This document shows, piece by piece, positions 14,866 to 29,094 of a stretch of DNA of 64,000 nucleotides (the first letter of the stretch is position 1; each line of letters starts with the position of its first letter). The DNA comes from Octopus sinensis (taxonomy: Eukaryota). Under the pieces are notes generated by a model, which ran no database searches, had not been told where the DNA came from, and saw nothing but the letters and a program-made list of their open reading frames with translations. The position numbers and the translations under genes were made by a program. The stretch lies in contig NC_043002.1 of the NCBI RefSeq assembly GCF_006345805.1, forward strand, positions 62,868,001 to 62,932,000, in the 5' to 3' direction.

Positions 14866-15724
14866 AGTAGTAGTAGTAGTAGTAGAAGCAAAGGCGGTGC
14901 ACACATCTAGGATGGAATCAAACAAGCGGATTGGACATGAAGGGTGACAGAGAATGAAAAGAAATGGACGAAACAGGCAACGAGTGAACACGCACGCACA
15001 CACACACAGAGAAACACATACACTAACACGCAGAAGATTCAGTAAAAGAAAGTGTAACAAACAAATGTAGATCATTCAGGAGTTAACAAGAGATTCTGTA
15101 GAAGGTCGACAAAAGTGCTAGACATAGCAGCTAAAAACCCGCATGTTTTATCATTTGTCTGTATTCTTCCGAAACGATTTAAGGCTGGATGAACGATACT
15201 TTGGATAATACACTCCAAGAGAAAGGTAGAGAGAGAGAGAGAGAGGGGTGTGAGAGAGAGGAAGAGTTAGAGAGAGAGAATTAGAGAGTGAGTGAGTGAG
15301 TGAGAGAAAGAGAGACAGAGTGAGTGAGAGACGGAAGGAGTTAGTTGAGAGAATTAGAGAGGGAGAGAGAGAAAAAGAGAGAAAAAGAGAGACAGATAGA
15401 GAGTGAGTGAGAGAGAGAAAATGTTAGATAGAGAATGAAAGTGAGAGAGAAAGAGAGAAAGAAAGAAAGAAAGATGGTAAGATCATAAGTATGTGTGTTT
15501 GATTTATTGTTTGTTCAATCGTGATAGACAAAGGTTAAAAAAAAAAGTGCAAAGAAAGGAAAAGAAAACACGAAGCAATAACAAAAAAAAAAAAACCCAG
15601 CAAAAACCAAGATATATAAAAAAAAAAAATTAAGAAAAAATATTTGGGGTAAAATGAAATTTTCGAAGACAGTCGAAAAATAAATAATTCAACACTGGGA
15701 AACATTCACAACAAGCATACACAC

Positions 15725-15848
15725 ACACATATGTAAACATACCATATACATACACACACACACACACATGTAAACATATCATATACATACACACACACAC
15801 ACCATGTAAACATACCATATACATACACACACACACATGTAAACATAC

Positions 15849-15885
<37 letters not shown>

Positions 15886-15960
15886 CATATACACACACAC
15901 ACATAAACATACCATATACATACACACACACACACATACCATATACACACACACACACAC
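15725..15960. repeat. Compound minisatellite, unit about gtaaacataccatatacatac(ac)n
   Basis: The aacataccatatac core repeats, separated by variable (CA)n. Confidence 0.8.
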
Positions 15961-16565
15961 ATATATATATATACATACATACACATGCTTATATACATAA
16001 ATAAACATAAACAAACGTACACCCACATATACGTAGATACCTCTATACATACATACAGAGGCAAACATCATCGGCAAAGCATCAGAGTAAGTATTCAACA
16101 TTGATAATATAACCACAAACACACACACAAACACACATACACAAACACACACACACACACACGTAAATTAAGAGGCACAGGCGTAAGCGAAAGCACACAC
16201 ACACACACGCACACACACGCATAAATATAAAGGTTATTTCAAAAGATAGACTAACGCAGATGTATATGCTGAGAGAGACGAGCGAGAGAGAAAAATATCG
16301 GGAGAGATAAAGTAAAGGAGCGATGCTAAAGGACAGAGGATATGCAAGTTATCTATCTACCTATCTCTCTCCCGCTCTCTCTCTCTCCCTATCTATCTAT
16401 CTACCTATCTCTCTCCCTCTCCCTCTCTCCCTATCTATCTATCTATCTTATCTATCTATCATTCTATGTATCTATCTAAATATCTACCTATCGATCAGTC
16501 TATCTATAATTCGCTCTATTTATCCATCTACCTACATACACACCTGCCCACCTGCCTACATACTG

Positions 16566-16638
<73 letters not shown>

Positions 16639-16750
16639 CCTGTCTATCGATCTGTCTGTCTTTCAATCTATCTTTTTATCTATCTGGATGTTGTTTTTGA
16701 TCCCTATACGTGTATCTATTCCCTGGTTTAATCATATATGTATGTATATG

Positions 16751-16782
<32 letters not shown>

Positions 16783-17045
16783 CGGAACCTATGCATGAAG
16801 AAATATCCGCACGCGCGTGTGTATACCTGAGTGTGTGTGTGTGTGTGTGAGTAGATAAACATGCTTCTTAATATCATTATGCACTCAAGTATATATATAT
16901 ATATATATATACATATACACACACACACAAACACACGAACACACACTCATATATTTACCTACATCTCTCCCGCCTCCTCCACTATATATACATATATATA
17001 CATCGATATTTACATACATGTGCATATACATACATATTGCGTGTA

Positions 17046-17086
<41 letters not shown>

Positions 17087-17127
17087 CCACATATACATAT
17101 GCCACACACAATCACAATGCACAACAT

Positions 17128-17174
<47 letters not shown>

Positions 17175-17627
17175 CATACATGTATCGTGCACTCTTTAAC
17201 TCATTGTTTTGCTAAAGTCATTCGAATGTCAAGCATTCTAGAAGATTGTCTTGAAGGGTTTTGTAGGGATATTTCGTCCCGTTGCTTATTTTCGAAGCTC
17301 TCATTCATTTTTGCGAAATCGCCCATATTACAAGGACGTAAACAAACCAAACACAGCTGTGTAGCTTTGGTCGCTAACGAACACAGTACTAAGCACAAAT
17401 ACACACACCCACACACATGAAGGCATGCGTGCATCCATACATACATACATGTACATAGATATAGACATATATATTTATATATGTTTGTATGTATATATAT
17501 ATATATATTATATATATATAAATATAATTAATCAATATAGGGTGGCAAAAAATTTTGTAGAATTTTTTTGCCACCAGCGGCCTAGTGGGAAAAAATTAAA
17601 TAGTCATAGACCATTTTTAAGTTCAAC

Positions 17628-17875
17628 ATCACAATCAAGGAACGGCCATAATAGGCCATTCACCCACTAGAAATAACAGCCAAAGCTTCAACCGCAAAAT
17701 AACATTAATTCCGTAAACCAGGAGAAAATTAAAAACTTAAAAAATTAAAAAATTACAGGGTAAATGTTTTTTAATTTTCTCCTGGTTTACGGAATTAATG
17801 TTATTTTGCGGTTGAAGCTTTGGCTGTTATTTCTAGTGGGTGAATGGCCTATTATGGCCGTTCCTTGATTGTGAT
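17628..17875. repeat. Perfect 108-bp inverted repeat with 32-bp spacer
   Basis: 17628-17735 is the exact reverse complement of 17768-17875. The right arm ends in (TA)n. Confidence 0.9.
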
Positions 17876-18408
17876 ATATATAAATATAAATATATATATA
17901 TATATGCGTGTGTGCGTGTGCTTATATTTATATATATACACACAGACATATATATATAAATATTCCCATGCTTAAACGTACACATGCGTATATATATACA
18001 CAATATGTATGTATATGTATGCGTTTTTGTGTATTTGTGTGTAAATGTGAAAAAAAAAAAAGGAGTGAGAGAGAGGAGAAAGAGAGATGAGTAAGGAAAA
18101 TTAAGAACAGAGAGAGAGAGAGAGAGAGAATGAGAGTGAGCGAGAGAGCAAAGATACATAAATGTATATGAGCTTATTTCTGCTTCTCTTCGTCCCACCG
18201 CTCCACAACCGGTGTCGGTGTATTTACGTCTGCATACCTTCACGCTTCACAAAAACGCCAGATAGCATAAGTACCAACCTTTAAAAAGTAAAAGAAAAAC
18301 AAAAAAAAGAACTCGAGCCATCCGTTCGATTAAAATTCATCAATGTTGTTATCCAGCATGGCCGTAGTCTATACAATTGAAGTAAATAAAAGAATTATAT
18401 AAATATAC

Positions 18409-18444
<36 letters not shown>

Positions 18445-18695
18445 GTACATATATAAATGCATACAAACACCCAAACACATTCAAACATACACACACACAC
18501 ACACACACACATACATACACAAACAATAACAGAACTATGTGTATATACATCTTGGGGTTTCTTCCTCTATGTATTACAATCTCATATTGTCTTTTTCATA
18601 ACTCTCCCTCACAAAAACATACACGCATACGCACCTAATGCATGAGCATTACATAAGCTCCCGCATTAATGCATATATACTCTTTTACTCTTTTT

Positions 18696-18867
18696 ACTCT
18701 TTTACTTGTTTCAGTCATTTGACTGCGGCTATGCTGGAGCACCGCCTTTAGTACTTATTCTATCGGTCTCTTTTGCCGAACCACTAGGTGACGGGACGTA
18801 CGTAAACACAGCATCGGTTGTCAAGCAATGCTAGGGGGACAAACACAGACACAAACATATACACACA

Positions 18868-18914
<47 letters not shown>

Positions 18915-19079
18915 TACGACAGGCTTCTTTCAGTTTCCGTCTACCAAATCCACTCACAAGGCATTGGTCGGCCCGGGGCTATAGCAGAAAACACTTGCCC
19001 AAGATGCCACGCAGTGGGACTGAACCCGGAACCATGTGGTTGGTTAGCAAGCTACTTACCACACAGCCACTCCTGCGCC
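18696..19079 (-). mobile_element. SINE family S2 with internal (TA)n
   Basis: Full reverse-complement copy. Confidence 0.85.
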
Positions 19080-19292
19080 TATATATATATATATATAAGA
19101 TTAATCAGCCGAAATTGACTGAGGATAGAAAGCTTCGAATGACCCCGTCCTTGTTTTTTTTATCGTCTATGTGGATGTTTTGTTGTCCCATTTTGTACCA
19201 TCTAGTTGTCCGGATATTTTGCGTTCTTGCCCCATTTTGTATTGTATATATATGCGCCCATACGTAAAGACAGATAGCTAGCTAGCTACTTT

Positions 19293-19392
<100 letters not shown>

Positions 19393-19530
19393 CATACATA
19401 GACGGACAGACAGATTTCTTTAAACCTAAGAAAATCTGAATGTTTAATGTTATATATATATATGTGTGTATGTGTGTGGTGTGTGTGTGTGAGCTTATTT
19501 CTGCTTAGTTCGTATACACACACACGTTAA

Positions 19531-19675
19531 TACTTTATTATTAAAACTGCCAAAACATCACAAAGATTTCTCAAAACACTGTCCGACGTGCTTTAATAAT
19601 AAAGCATATTACTCTATCTCCGGTATTCGAATACTATTTTTTCCCACCTTGTTTCACATTTATGTGCTTACTCTG

Positions 19676-19677
<2 letters not shown>
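19531..19677 (+). mobile_element. Fold-back PLE pseudo-LTR derivative, family A, HHR core deleted
   Basis: A 13-bp inverted repeat lies at 19533-19545 / 19592-19604, with the remnant caaaacactgtccgacg and the same family A tail running into (TG/TA)n. Confidence 0.6.
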
Positions 19678-19758
<81 letters not shown>

Positions 19759-20207
19759 GTGTGCGCGTGTGTACACACACAGGAACACATATACAAAACA
19801 CGCACGCACATACTTTATGCAGTACCTTTGAGGTACTTTCCTGGCACTTGTTCTACGCTTATTGTGTGCGTTCGTGTCTTTGCATATGTGTACGTATACG
19901 TACACAGGCAGACTGACAGACAGAGATGCATACCTAAACACGCGCATAGACATTCATCTACACATCTACACGTAAGCAAGTTTTCCATCAATCTCTTCCG
20001 TGTCTGTCTTCAGTCCGATATTTAATGATACCTGTAAGCATACGTGAACACACAGACACACACGGAGCCGCAGCCACTCCTTTTTATCATGCACACACAC
20101 AAACACACACACCCACATGTTTATATATATACATACATACATACATACATATGTACATACATATACATACATATACTTACATACATACATATATATATAT
20201 ACATACA

Positions 20208-20243
<36 letters not shown>

Positions 20244-20458
20244 TATACATACATACATACATATATATATACATACATACATACATACATATACATACAT
20301 ACATATATATATACATACATACATATATACATACATACATACATATATATATACATACATACATATATATATATACGTACATACATACATATATATATAT
20401 ACATATATACATACATACATATATATACGTACATACATACATATATATATATACATAT

Positions 20459-20489
<31 letters not shown>

Positions 20490-20645
20490 ACGGGAAGCTT
20501 TATGAAAATAAACAAAAGACGAAGGCAGGTGGAAGACAAACGAACAATTGTATTAGTATGGCGCTCAGGAAATATAAATAAAACAAGTCTTTAACGTTTC
20601 GAGCCTACGCTCTTCAACAGAAAGATACACAGAGAGAGAAAAACA
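20490..20645 (-). mobile_element. Short repeat family B with hammerhead-like fold (CUGUUGA core at 20588-20625)
   Basis: Minus strand reads ucuuu-CUGUUGA-a-gagc(guag)gcuc-GAAA-cg-UU^aaaga. Homologous copies lie at 29.7 and 33.7 kb. The element ends at (TA)n. Confidence 0.65.
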
Positions 20646-20696
20646 CATACATACATACATATATACATACATACATATACATACATATATATATAC

Positions 20697-20735
<39 letters not shown>

Positions 20736-20828
20736 CATGCATATATATACATACATGCATATATATACATACATACATATATATACATATAATATATATA
20801 TATACATACATATATATATATACATGTA

Positions 20829-21060
20829 AGGCGGCGAGCTGGCAGAAACGTTAGCACGCCGGGCGAAATGCTTAGCGGTATTTCGTCTGCCGCTACGTTC
20901 TGAGTTCAAATTCCGGCGAGGTCGACTTTGCCTTTCATCCTTTCGGGGTCGATAAATAAAGTACCAGTTTCGCACTGGGGGTCGTTGTAATCGACTTAAT
21001 CCCTTTGTCTGTCCTTGTTTGTCCCCTCTATGTTTAGCCCCTTGTGGGCAATAAAGAAAT
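20829..21060 (+). mobile_element. tRNA-derived SINE family S1 (Meta-domain-like centre)
   Basis: Reads ggcgagctggcagaa..gagttcaaattcc (pol III boxes), then the central domain, then a tail ending aataaagaaat inside (TA)n. Confidence 0.85.
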
Positions 21061-21300
21061 ATATATATATATACATACATGCATATATATACATACATAC
21101 ATGCATATATATACATACATACATGCATATATATACATACATACATATATATACATATATATATATATATACATACATATATATATATACATACATTTAT
21201 ATATATATATATACATACATATATATATACATACATACATTTATATATATATATATAGATACATATATATATATATACATACATACATACATATACATAC

Positions 21301-21331
<31 letters not shown>

Positions 21332-21549
21332 CATATATATATATATACATACATATATATATATATATACATACACATATACATACATATATATATATAT
21401 ATATATGTATACATACACATATACATATATATGTATATATATAATAACTAAATGATAAATAAAACATAGCATATATACATATATGTACCTACATCTATAG
21501 GTATATATACATGCATATATGGGTACAGGACACAAAAATATCGAACACA

Positions 21550-21605
<56 letters not shown>

Positions 21606-22445
21606 ATAATATAGCATCGTGTGTGTTGCTCGCGTGCCAGGACAACAGGCAACCAATTAGAGAGAAGGCCAGGAAGAAACGTAGGTCAGTCATATGAGAG
21701 GGGCGGGACGGAGGGATTATTACTATCAGATAAAATTTCATATATTTCTCTTTGTTTCTCTTTCTCTCCCTCTCCGTCTCTCTTGCTTCCTCACTCTGTT
21801 TTTTCCTCTCGATTTTCACTTAGCTTTGCTTATACACGCATATATCCTTACACTCACACACACACACACACACACGTATGTGTGTGAGTGTGTGGCTGTA
21901 TGTATATTTGATAAAGATGATGGCTGTCCGCTCGAGAGGAAGTAAGACTGTGACTGACCACTGCCCGAGAAAAACGCCAGAAATGTCCGTGCATGTGGAT
22001 ACGGCACCCACAGTCGCCTTCACCCGTGCTCATGTCCGCAGTTCTCTTCCTACTCGACCGGCACATGAGACTGTGTACATATACATGCTTGTATGTTTGT
22101 GTGTGCTCACATATATATATGTGTTATATATGCATACATACAACTACAGATATATATATAATATATATATATATATATAATATATATATAATAAATACGT
22201 GTGCATGTATGTGTGGTGTGTGTGTGGGTGGGTGTGTGTGTGTGTGTGTGTATGATCTACTGTACGATGACTGAGATACCCAGTAACTATGGATGAGCTT
22301 TGCACGGCATACTACGAGACGTTTACTCGATTCTTATTTAACTATATACATACATACACACACACTCTCTCTCTCACACACACACACACATATATATATA
22401 TACACACATACATGCATATATACATATATATGTGTATGTGTGCGA

Positions 22446-22501
<56 letters not shown>

Positions 22502-22823
22502 TATAAACATATATACATATATATATATATGCATACCCCTTATGAGTTCATGCATGAATGTACATATATATATAAATGCATGATTTTATGTAGATTTTTA
22601 GATAACAATGTATAAAAGTATGGGAGTATATAGGCGTTTACGGATGTGTGTGAATATATGCTATGTGTGTGTCTGTGTGTCAGTCCATGCGTGTTCGAGG
22701 AGTTAAATGTAGTTTACGCCTGAATCTAGAAAATTACGCTTGTCATGTATGAGCGAATCTTTCAGAGTCTCTGTATGGATTAACGGGGATTAGTGTTGGC
22801 ATACTTATACACGCTCACCACAC

Positions 22824-22862
<39 letters not shown>

Positions 22863-23214
22863 ACGCACATTCAATTATACTGCGACATAGGCATTATCAC
22901 TCTCTTCCTTTATATCTTTCTCTCTCTATCTCTCTGTCTGTCTCTCTTTCTCTCGATCCACGTATAGAATGCATGGATTATCTAGGATATGTGCCAATAT
23001 TTACTGACGTACGTACGTGTATATGCAGTCAAGAGTATGTGCTCTGACTGGCACACGCACTCACAGATCGGTATGCACACGCGCATGCATGTGTGTACAC
23101 CCCTCATATATATGCAAGGTATACATACTTATATAACATCTATAGATGTGTGCGTGTTTATATATATATATATATATCATATATATATATATAATACAAA
23201 CAAACATACACATT

Positions 23215-23263
<49 letters not shown>

Positions 23264-23548
23264 CACATATATATATATACCCCTCTCTCTTATATATAAA
23301 TATATATATATGTATATGCTCATTTACTCATTTATACTAACATGCACTCCGCAACATACGCATTGTCAAACATATATATATGTATATATACATATCTGTA
23401 AATCAATTGGATTATCCTGGGTTTATATACACACCCATACAAATACATCTGAAAAATATTTCAGGTATCACATACACACACACACATATATGTATGTATA
23501 TAAAGTGAAGGAAAGACTAAAGAGGGAGAGAGAAAAAGAAAGTAAGAC

Positions 23549-23587
<39 letters not shown>

Positions 23588-23845
23588 ATATACATAGATA
23601 TATCTCAGAATTATTCTTAAACCAATATACACAACGATTATCACGAATTCGCTGCATGAAAATGCGCATGTACATACACAATTTCATTCATACACGTACG
23701 AACAAAGACATACATGCACCCTTTGAGGCGTAGCCTGACACATACAGGTATACTATACGCACAACTAATAGTATTTTCAAATGAGTTAGTTATTTAAGTG
23801 ATGTGCATATATATGGGGCATACATCTATGCATGTCTCTTTCTCT

Positions 23846-24066
23846 TTCTTTTACTTGTTTCAGTCATTTCACTGCGGCCATGCTGGAGCACCGCCTTTAA
23901 TCGAGCAACTCGACCCCGGAACTTATTCTTTTGTAACCCCAGTACTTATTCTATCGGTCTCTTTCGCCGAACCGCTAAGTAACGGGGACATAAACACACC
24001 AGCATCGGTTGTCAAGCAATACTAGGGGGACAAACACAGACACACAAACACACACACGCATGTATA

Positions 24067-24134
<68 letters not shown>

Positions 24135-24300
24135 AATACGATGGGCTTCTTTCAGTTTCCGTCTGCCAAATCCACTCACAAGGCTTTGGTGGGCCCGAGG
24201 CTATAGTTAGAAGACACTTGCCCAAGGTGCCACGCAGTGGGACTGAACCCGGAACCATGTGGTTGGTAAACAAGCTACTTACCTCACAGCCACTCTTGCG
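23846..24300 (-). mobile_element. SINE family S2 with internal (TA)n/(CA)n
   Basis: Full reverse-complement copy. Confidence 0.85.
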
Positions 24301-25278
24301 GATGTGCACATTTATTTATGTAAATAGATTCCCAAATGGGAAACCTCCTTCGGTTAGAATAACCATGGGATGTATGTGTTGTGTTGAACGCCTAGAACTG
24401 CAGTAAACGTCGCATGTTAAAAAGAACAGCTTATATTGGTTGACAAAATGTATTTGGTACCGGCGTATGGCACTGCCGTATGACATGATTTCATTGTAAA
24501 TTGCTTATCATCGGTAGCAGACAGCCAAACAACAAGTGGAAGATCAAAAATCTGTGAAACCGGTATACTTTATAATTTAGCTTTTCAGCATTTGCCGTAT
24601 ACGTGAGATGATTTCGCGAGGTGTTTACCGAAGTCTACGGCGTTATAAGCAACGGATGCAAGTTAGGTTAGATGTGCAAATTAATATTCGTTACAATGGC
24701 TGCTTCTGTTGCAAATTATTAATTTATACACATTCATTAAAAATATATAATAGCATATAATTTTTCAAGTATGTCAACAATTGTGATTAAAAAACCCCAC
24801 AAAACCTTCCTCACAAATATTCACGATCTTCTTTGTTATATCATTCTTTCAAATAAAACCTATCTGTAAATATTCTATTAATTTGATTTTTTTAATAGTT
24901 TATTTCCGTATTTTCATTATTATTATCGTTGGCTAACGTAAAATTTGTTTTTGATGTTATTTATTTCCTCAATTTTCTTTATCAACATCCTTACTAAGAT
25001 ATGTAAATATGTTGCCTCTGTTTTATAATCAATGATTGATTGGTTGGTTTGGTTGGTATCTCCAGTGACGCTTTAGATCATATAGTGATGTAAAACAGAT
25101 ATAGAGAGTTTCTTAATAAATGTGTTGCAGGATGTATGTGCACGTATTCAACTTAATAGCAAGTAATGAGTAAAGTGGCGCGGCTACGTACACATATTGA
25201 AAGAGAATGAATCTTAGCAACAGAGGAGGATGAGGATGAGAGAAAGAAATTATATATATATGTGTGTACACGCGCGCG

Positions 25279-25325
<47 letters not shown>

Positions 25326-25326
25326 A

Positions 25327-25891
25327 AGGAACTTGTTAAACTTTTTTGTGTCCTTAACATGTTCTTGTTGCCAAGGACTGTATATGTGTATTGTAGCATT
25401 TTGTAACAACCAATAAGTGACACAACCAAACTTTTACATGTTACTTTTGACAATCTTTTTCCAAAGAGTGAAACCGGTAAAGTAAATAAACATTTTTTAA
25501 AACTGCATTTTCAAACCTTCTTTCGTATATAATTCCACTCGTGCGGTACCCAACAACTCCACCTTGTTATAAATATATATGTAAATGAGTTACAAAGATG
25601 AACAAGTGTCAATTCATTACGGCCGTTTCGAGCAACTTCTTTAATTGATCAATGAAAGTATTACATCATTACAAAGAAACCTTTCTCATCAGATGACTGC
25701 TTGTCTGAAAAACAAGAGCGGATTTATTCACTAAGTTGGATCATACCATCTACGAATATCGGGTGCACGAATATCGGGTGGAAAAATTTTTTGTAGAGTT
25801 TGGTTTGATACTCACCTGAGTGCGCAAATAAGCTCGTCTTAGCAAAGTGCCTCAATTTAAGTGCCTAATTCAATTGAATCTAAATTACATG

Positions 25892-25894
<3 letters not shown>
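25327..25894 (-). mobile_element. Putative solo PLE pseudo-LTR / non-autonomous element between (TA)n tracts
   Basis: A unique 0.57-kb block is bounded by (TA)n on both sides and contains the HHR. The sequence after the cleavage site (gacacttgttcatctttgtaac) resembles that after the PLE HHR (gacttctgtgtatctttgtaaac). Confidence 0.5.
25614..25696 (-). ncRNA. Type I hammerhead ribozyme, solo copy
   Basis: Minus strand reads UCAU-CUGAUGA-[interrupted long stem II]-GAAA-cggccg-UA^AUGA. Stem III is palindromic and stem I is 4 bp. Confidence 0.75.
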
Positions 25895-25940
<46 letters not shown>

Positions 25941-25944
25941 CATA

Positions 25945-26690
25945 CAGGATGCCGATAGTATTTGAGGACACATGTATTTTTAGTCATTAATATTATTTGA
26001 CTAACTTTTATTCAACTTCTATTTCAGAAAATAACAATGACGATCGTTTGCTTACTAATGAAATGTAAAAGCATGCTGTGATTGTGGCTTTGAAGGCTAA
26101 GAACGATGGTTTAGAAATTTCTCCTTTTCTGAAAGTTGCAAGATCTTCTGTCCGCAAGATTCTGTCTGAGTTATAGAAAAACAGATGGAAGCATGTTACC
26201 TGTATCAAAACGTACGAAACATTCCAAACACTCTGATTCTCTCAGGAGGGATGAATTTATTAAGGAAGTCAAGCAAAACATTGAACACAATCCTGGAAAA
26301 TCAATGAGGTCTATTGCAAATAAATTTCGTGTGAGGGAAACTTTGACCAGGACCAGAAAATTAACAGAAGAAATGACAGATGGCTATGTGCAGACACTTA
26401 TGATATTCCAAGAGTAATGCGCACAAAATTTCCTGCAAGCATCATGGTTTTCGGTGTTGTTAGCAATGCAGGACATGCAATACTTCATCACTTTTCTCCA
26501 CAGGGTCTTAGGATGAATACTGCTGCGTATATTGAGTTTCTGGATAAATTTGTTAAGCCTTGGATCAACAGTGTATGCAATGGATGGTCTTAAGTCTTTC
26601 AACAAGTTCAAATGACACAAGAACGGATGGCCGACAATTTGCTTGATAACATCACACCCAACGTTTAGCTTCTTAATTCTCCAGCGAGAA
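25945..26690 (+). mobile_element. Decayed DD37D (maT)-like transposon
   Basis: Fragments read HAVIVALKAK..NPGKSMRSIA, MRTKFPASIMVFGVVSNAGH, QGLRMNTAAYIEFLDKFVKPWI and TQERMADNLLDNITPNV. Confidence 0.8.
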
Positions 26691-26839
26691 AACCGTCAAT
26701 GAAGACCCATATAGCACGAAAACTTTTTTGAAAGTCGCCATAGTTCGAGTCTTGTCTGATAATATCGACAAGGACCACAGAGAAAAAGAACGAGAAACGT
26801 ATTTTTATTTTCGAATTGTACATATAATGCAATTTTGCT

Positions 26840-27470
26840 TCCATAGGTGCAATTTGTGATATTTTGTTTCATTTCACTTTCAGTTGCCAATATGGATTGG
26901 ACAGGCGAGCATCACGCTTTCCTTGTGGAAACGTTTATCAAGAACAACGAATCCGTAACTGCAACACGAAGAGTGGTCTGTGTGCACTTAAGGCTTAGTA
27001 GACATGATTCCGCACCTACTCGAAATTTTGGGGCAGCAGGATTCGGCATTTGGTGTTCCTAATTCTTCGAAGAAGACAATGTTACTGTGAACTCTGATTG
27101 ACATCGTATGATGCTATAAAAAGAGTTTACTGAAACCCAAATGAACTTGACACTAGGGATAAAATTTGGTTTCAACAGGATGGGGCAACAGTCCACACAT
27201 CACGACGTGCGATGGAGATTTTGAGGGAGATAATCCCTAGACATTTGATCTCATTCTGCAGTGACATCGGTTATCCGATCATCTGGTTTGAACCCCTGCC
27301 AATCGCCCTCGATCTATTGAACAATTAAAAGATGCCATCCGTCAAAAAATTGCTGACATTCCACATGAAATGACCTGTCGAGTTACAGACCACTCCCGTG
27401 AACGCCTTCGAAAGTGTGTGGACAGTAACGGCACCCACTGATTTCATTTTTAAAACCTAATGAAGCAGTA
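26840..27470 (+). mobile_element. Decayed Tc1/mariner-superfamily element (DUF4817-type N-terminus)
   Basis: Fragments read MDWTGEHHAFLVETFIKNNESVTATRR, WFQQDGATVHTSRRAMEILREIIP and LKDAIRQKIADIPHEM. Confidence 0.8.
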
Positions 27471-27598
27471 TGGCATTATAAGTACATTTCGAAAATAAAA
27501 CACATTTTCCATTCTGTACTCTATCTTGCTTTCATTATGACCTACAAATATGTCAACTCATTTTGCTGCATCGTGCATATATATATATATATAATATA

Positions 27599-27642
<44 letters not shown>

Positions 27643-27644
27643 TA

Positions 27645-27691
<47 letters not shown>

Positions 27692-27699
27692 GGAAAGGT

Positions 27700-27930
27700 A
27701 TGTAGCTTATTGGTTAGGTGGTTGGAATCTTGATCGTAACAATTGTGGTTCGAATTTCGGACCTGCTGACGGATTGTGCTCTTGGGCAAGACACATCAAT
27801 TTACGTTGCTCCAAACCACTCACCTGGTAAAAATGACTATTCCTGCGACGGACTGGAGTCCCATCTGGTGGGGGTGGGGGATAACATATACGTCACGGAA
27901 ACCGGAAACCGGCCTTATCAATCTCTATGA
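27700..27930 (+). mobile_element. SINE family S3-like, degenerate
   Basis: Contains cttgggcaagacac..gttgctcca..cacggaaaccggaaaccggcc. Confidence 0.6.
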
Positions 27931-28493
27931 CTCAGTCTGTATGACTCATGAAGAATTTTCATCCAGTTTTAAACGTTGGGAAAATGAAAACACGACGATA
28001 CAATACATTATCAATAACATTAATAATAAATTGCATATATTAATACATATTATTAGCACCCACTTATATACATTTTAGTCTCGATTCAAATAGACATGAC
28101 TGCAAGATCGAATACATTAATCCAAAATCATAGCTAAGAGAAAATCTATGTACTTCTAACATCTATTTTTTAGTTTCTATACCAGTGCAGATATGACTAT
28201 TACGATTTTCAATTATGAATATCTGAGTGTTTTTGTATGAAATTTCATATCAACATGAAATATAAAAAAAAAACTATAATCCATTTTAACATCTAATCTC
28301 CTTCACTACATAAATATGAATTAATTTGTTGAACTGTGTTAAATAAGTTAAATCACATATTGGCTATCTGTACACAAGCTTTCATACCTGTGCGAATTTA
28401 TGTAAGTAAATTCAAAATTAGACTATGAAGAAAAGTTATTAGAAATCTTTGAAAATTATTCCAATTAAAGAACGAACGCAGATTCATCCGATA

Positions 28494-28541
<48 letters not shown>

Positions 28542-28643
28542 CATATATATACACATATATATACATATATATATACATATATATCAAGGAGAGTGGAGAG
28601 AGAGAAAAATGCATCCTCAGAATAGGGTGGGACTACATATATG

Positions 28644-28997
28644 TGAAGGTGCATGGCTGAGTGGTTAGAGCGTCGAGCTTACGATCGTGAGGTTGTGAGC
28701 TCAAATCTCGGACCGGGCAACGTGTTGTGTTCTTGAGAAAGACCCTTTATTTCATGTTGCTCCAGTTCGCTCAGCTGTAGAAATGAGTTGAGATGTCACA
28801 GGTGCCAAGTTGTATCGGCCTTTGACTTGTCCTTTGGATAACTTGTCCTTTGACTTGTCCTTTGGCATGGAGAGGAGAGGCCGGTATGCATTGGCGACTG
28901 CTGGTCTTCTATAAACAACCTTGCCCGGACTTGTACCTCGGAGGGTAACATTCTAGGTGCAATCCCATGGTCTGTGTCGTGACCGAAGGGGGTCTCT
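28644..28997 (+). mobile_element. tRNA-derived SINE family S3
   Basis: Reads gaaggtgcatggctgagtggttag..gttgtgttcttgagaaagaccctttatttcatgttgctccag. Confidence 0.8.
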
Positions 28998-29094
28998 GAA
29001 TACATATATATATATTTAAAGAATGTACTTGTATAAAGCCGGAACAATGCGAGATGGTACAAATTAAACTACAAAATTAAAAGAAAACGGTACA

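Noticed and set aside
19970-20020. Minus-strand CTGAAGA..GAAA
   Set aside because: The stems do not pair; chance match.
20829-20915. tRNA genes at SINE heads (also 30818, 46162, 50232)
   Set aside because: A/B boxes are present but there is no full cloverleaf or acceptor stem, and each continues into a repeated SINE body.
21600-22080. CpG-enriched unique segment with overlapping short ORFs
   Set aside because: No recognisable protein or RNA motif; it may be regulatory but is not supportable.
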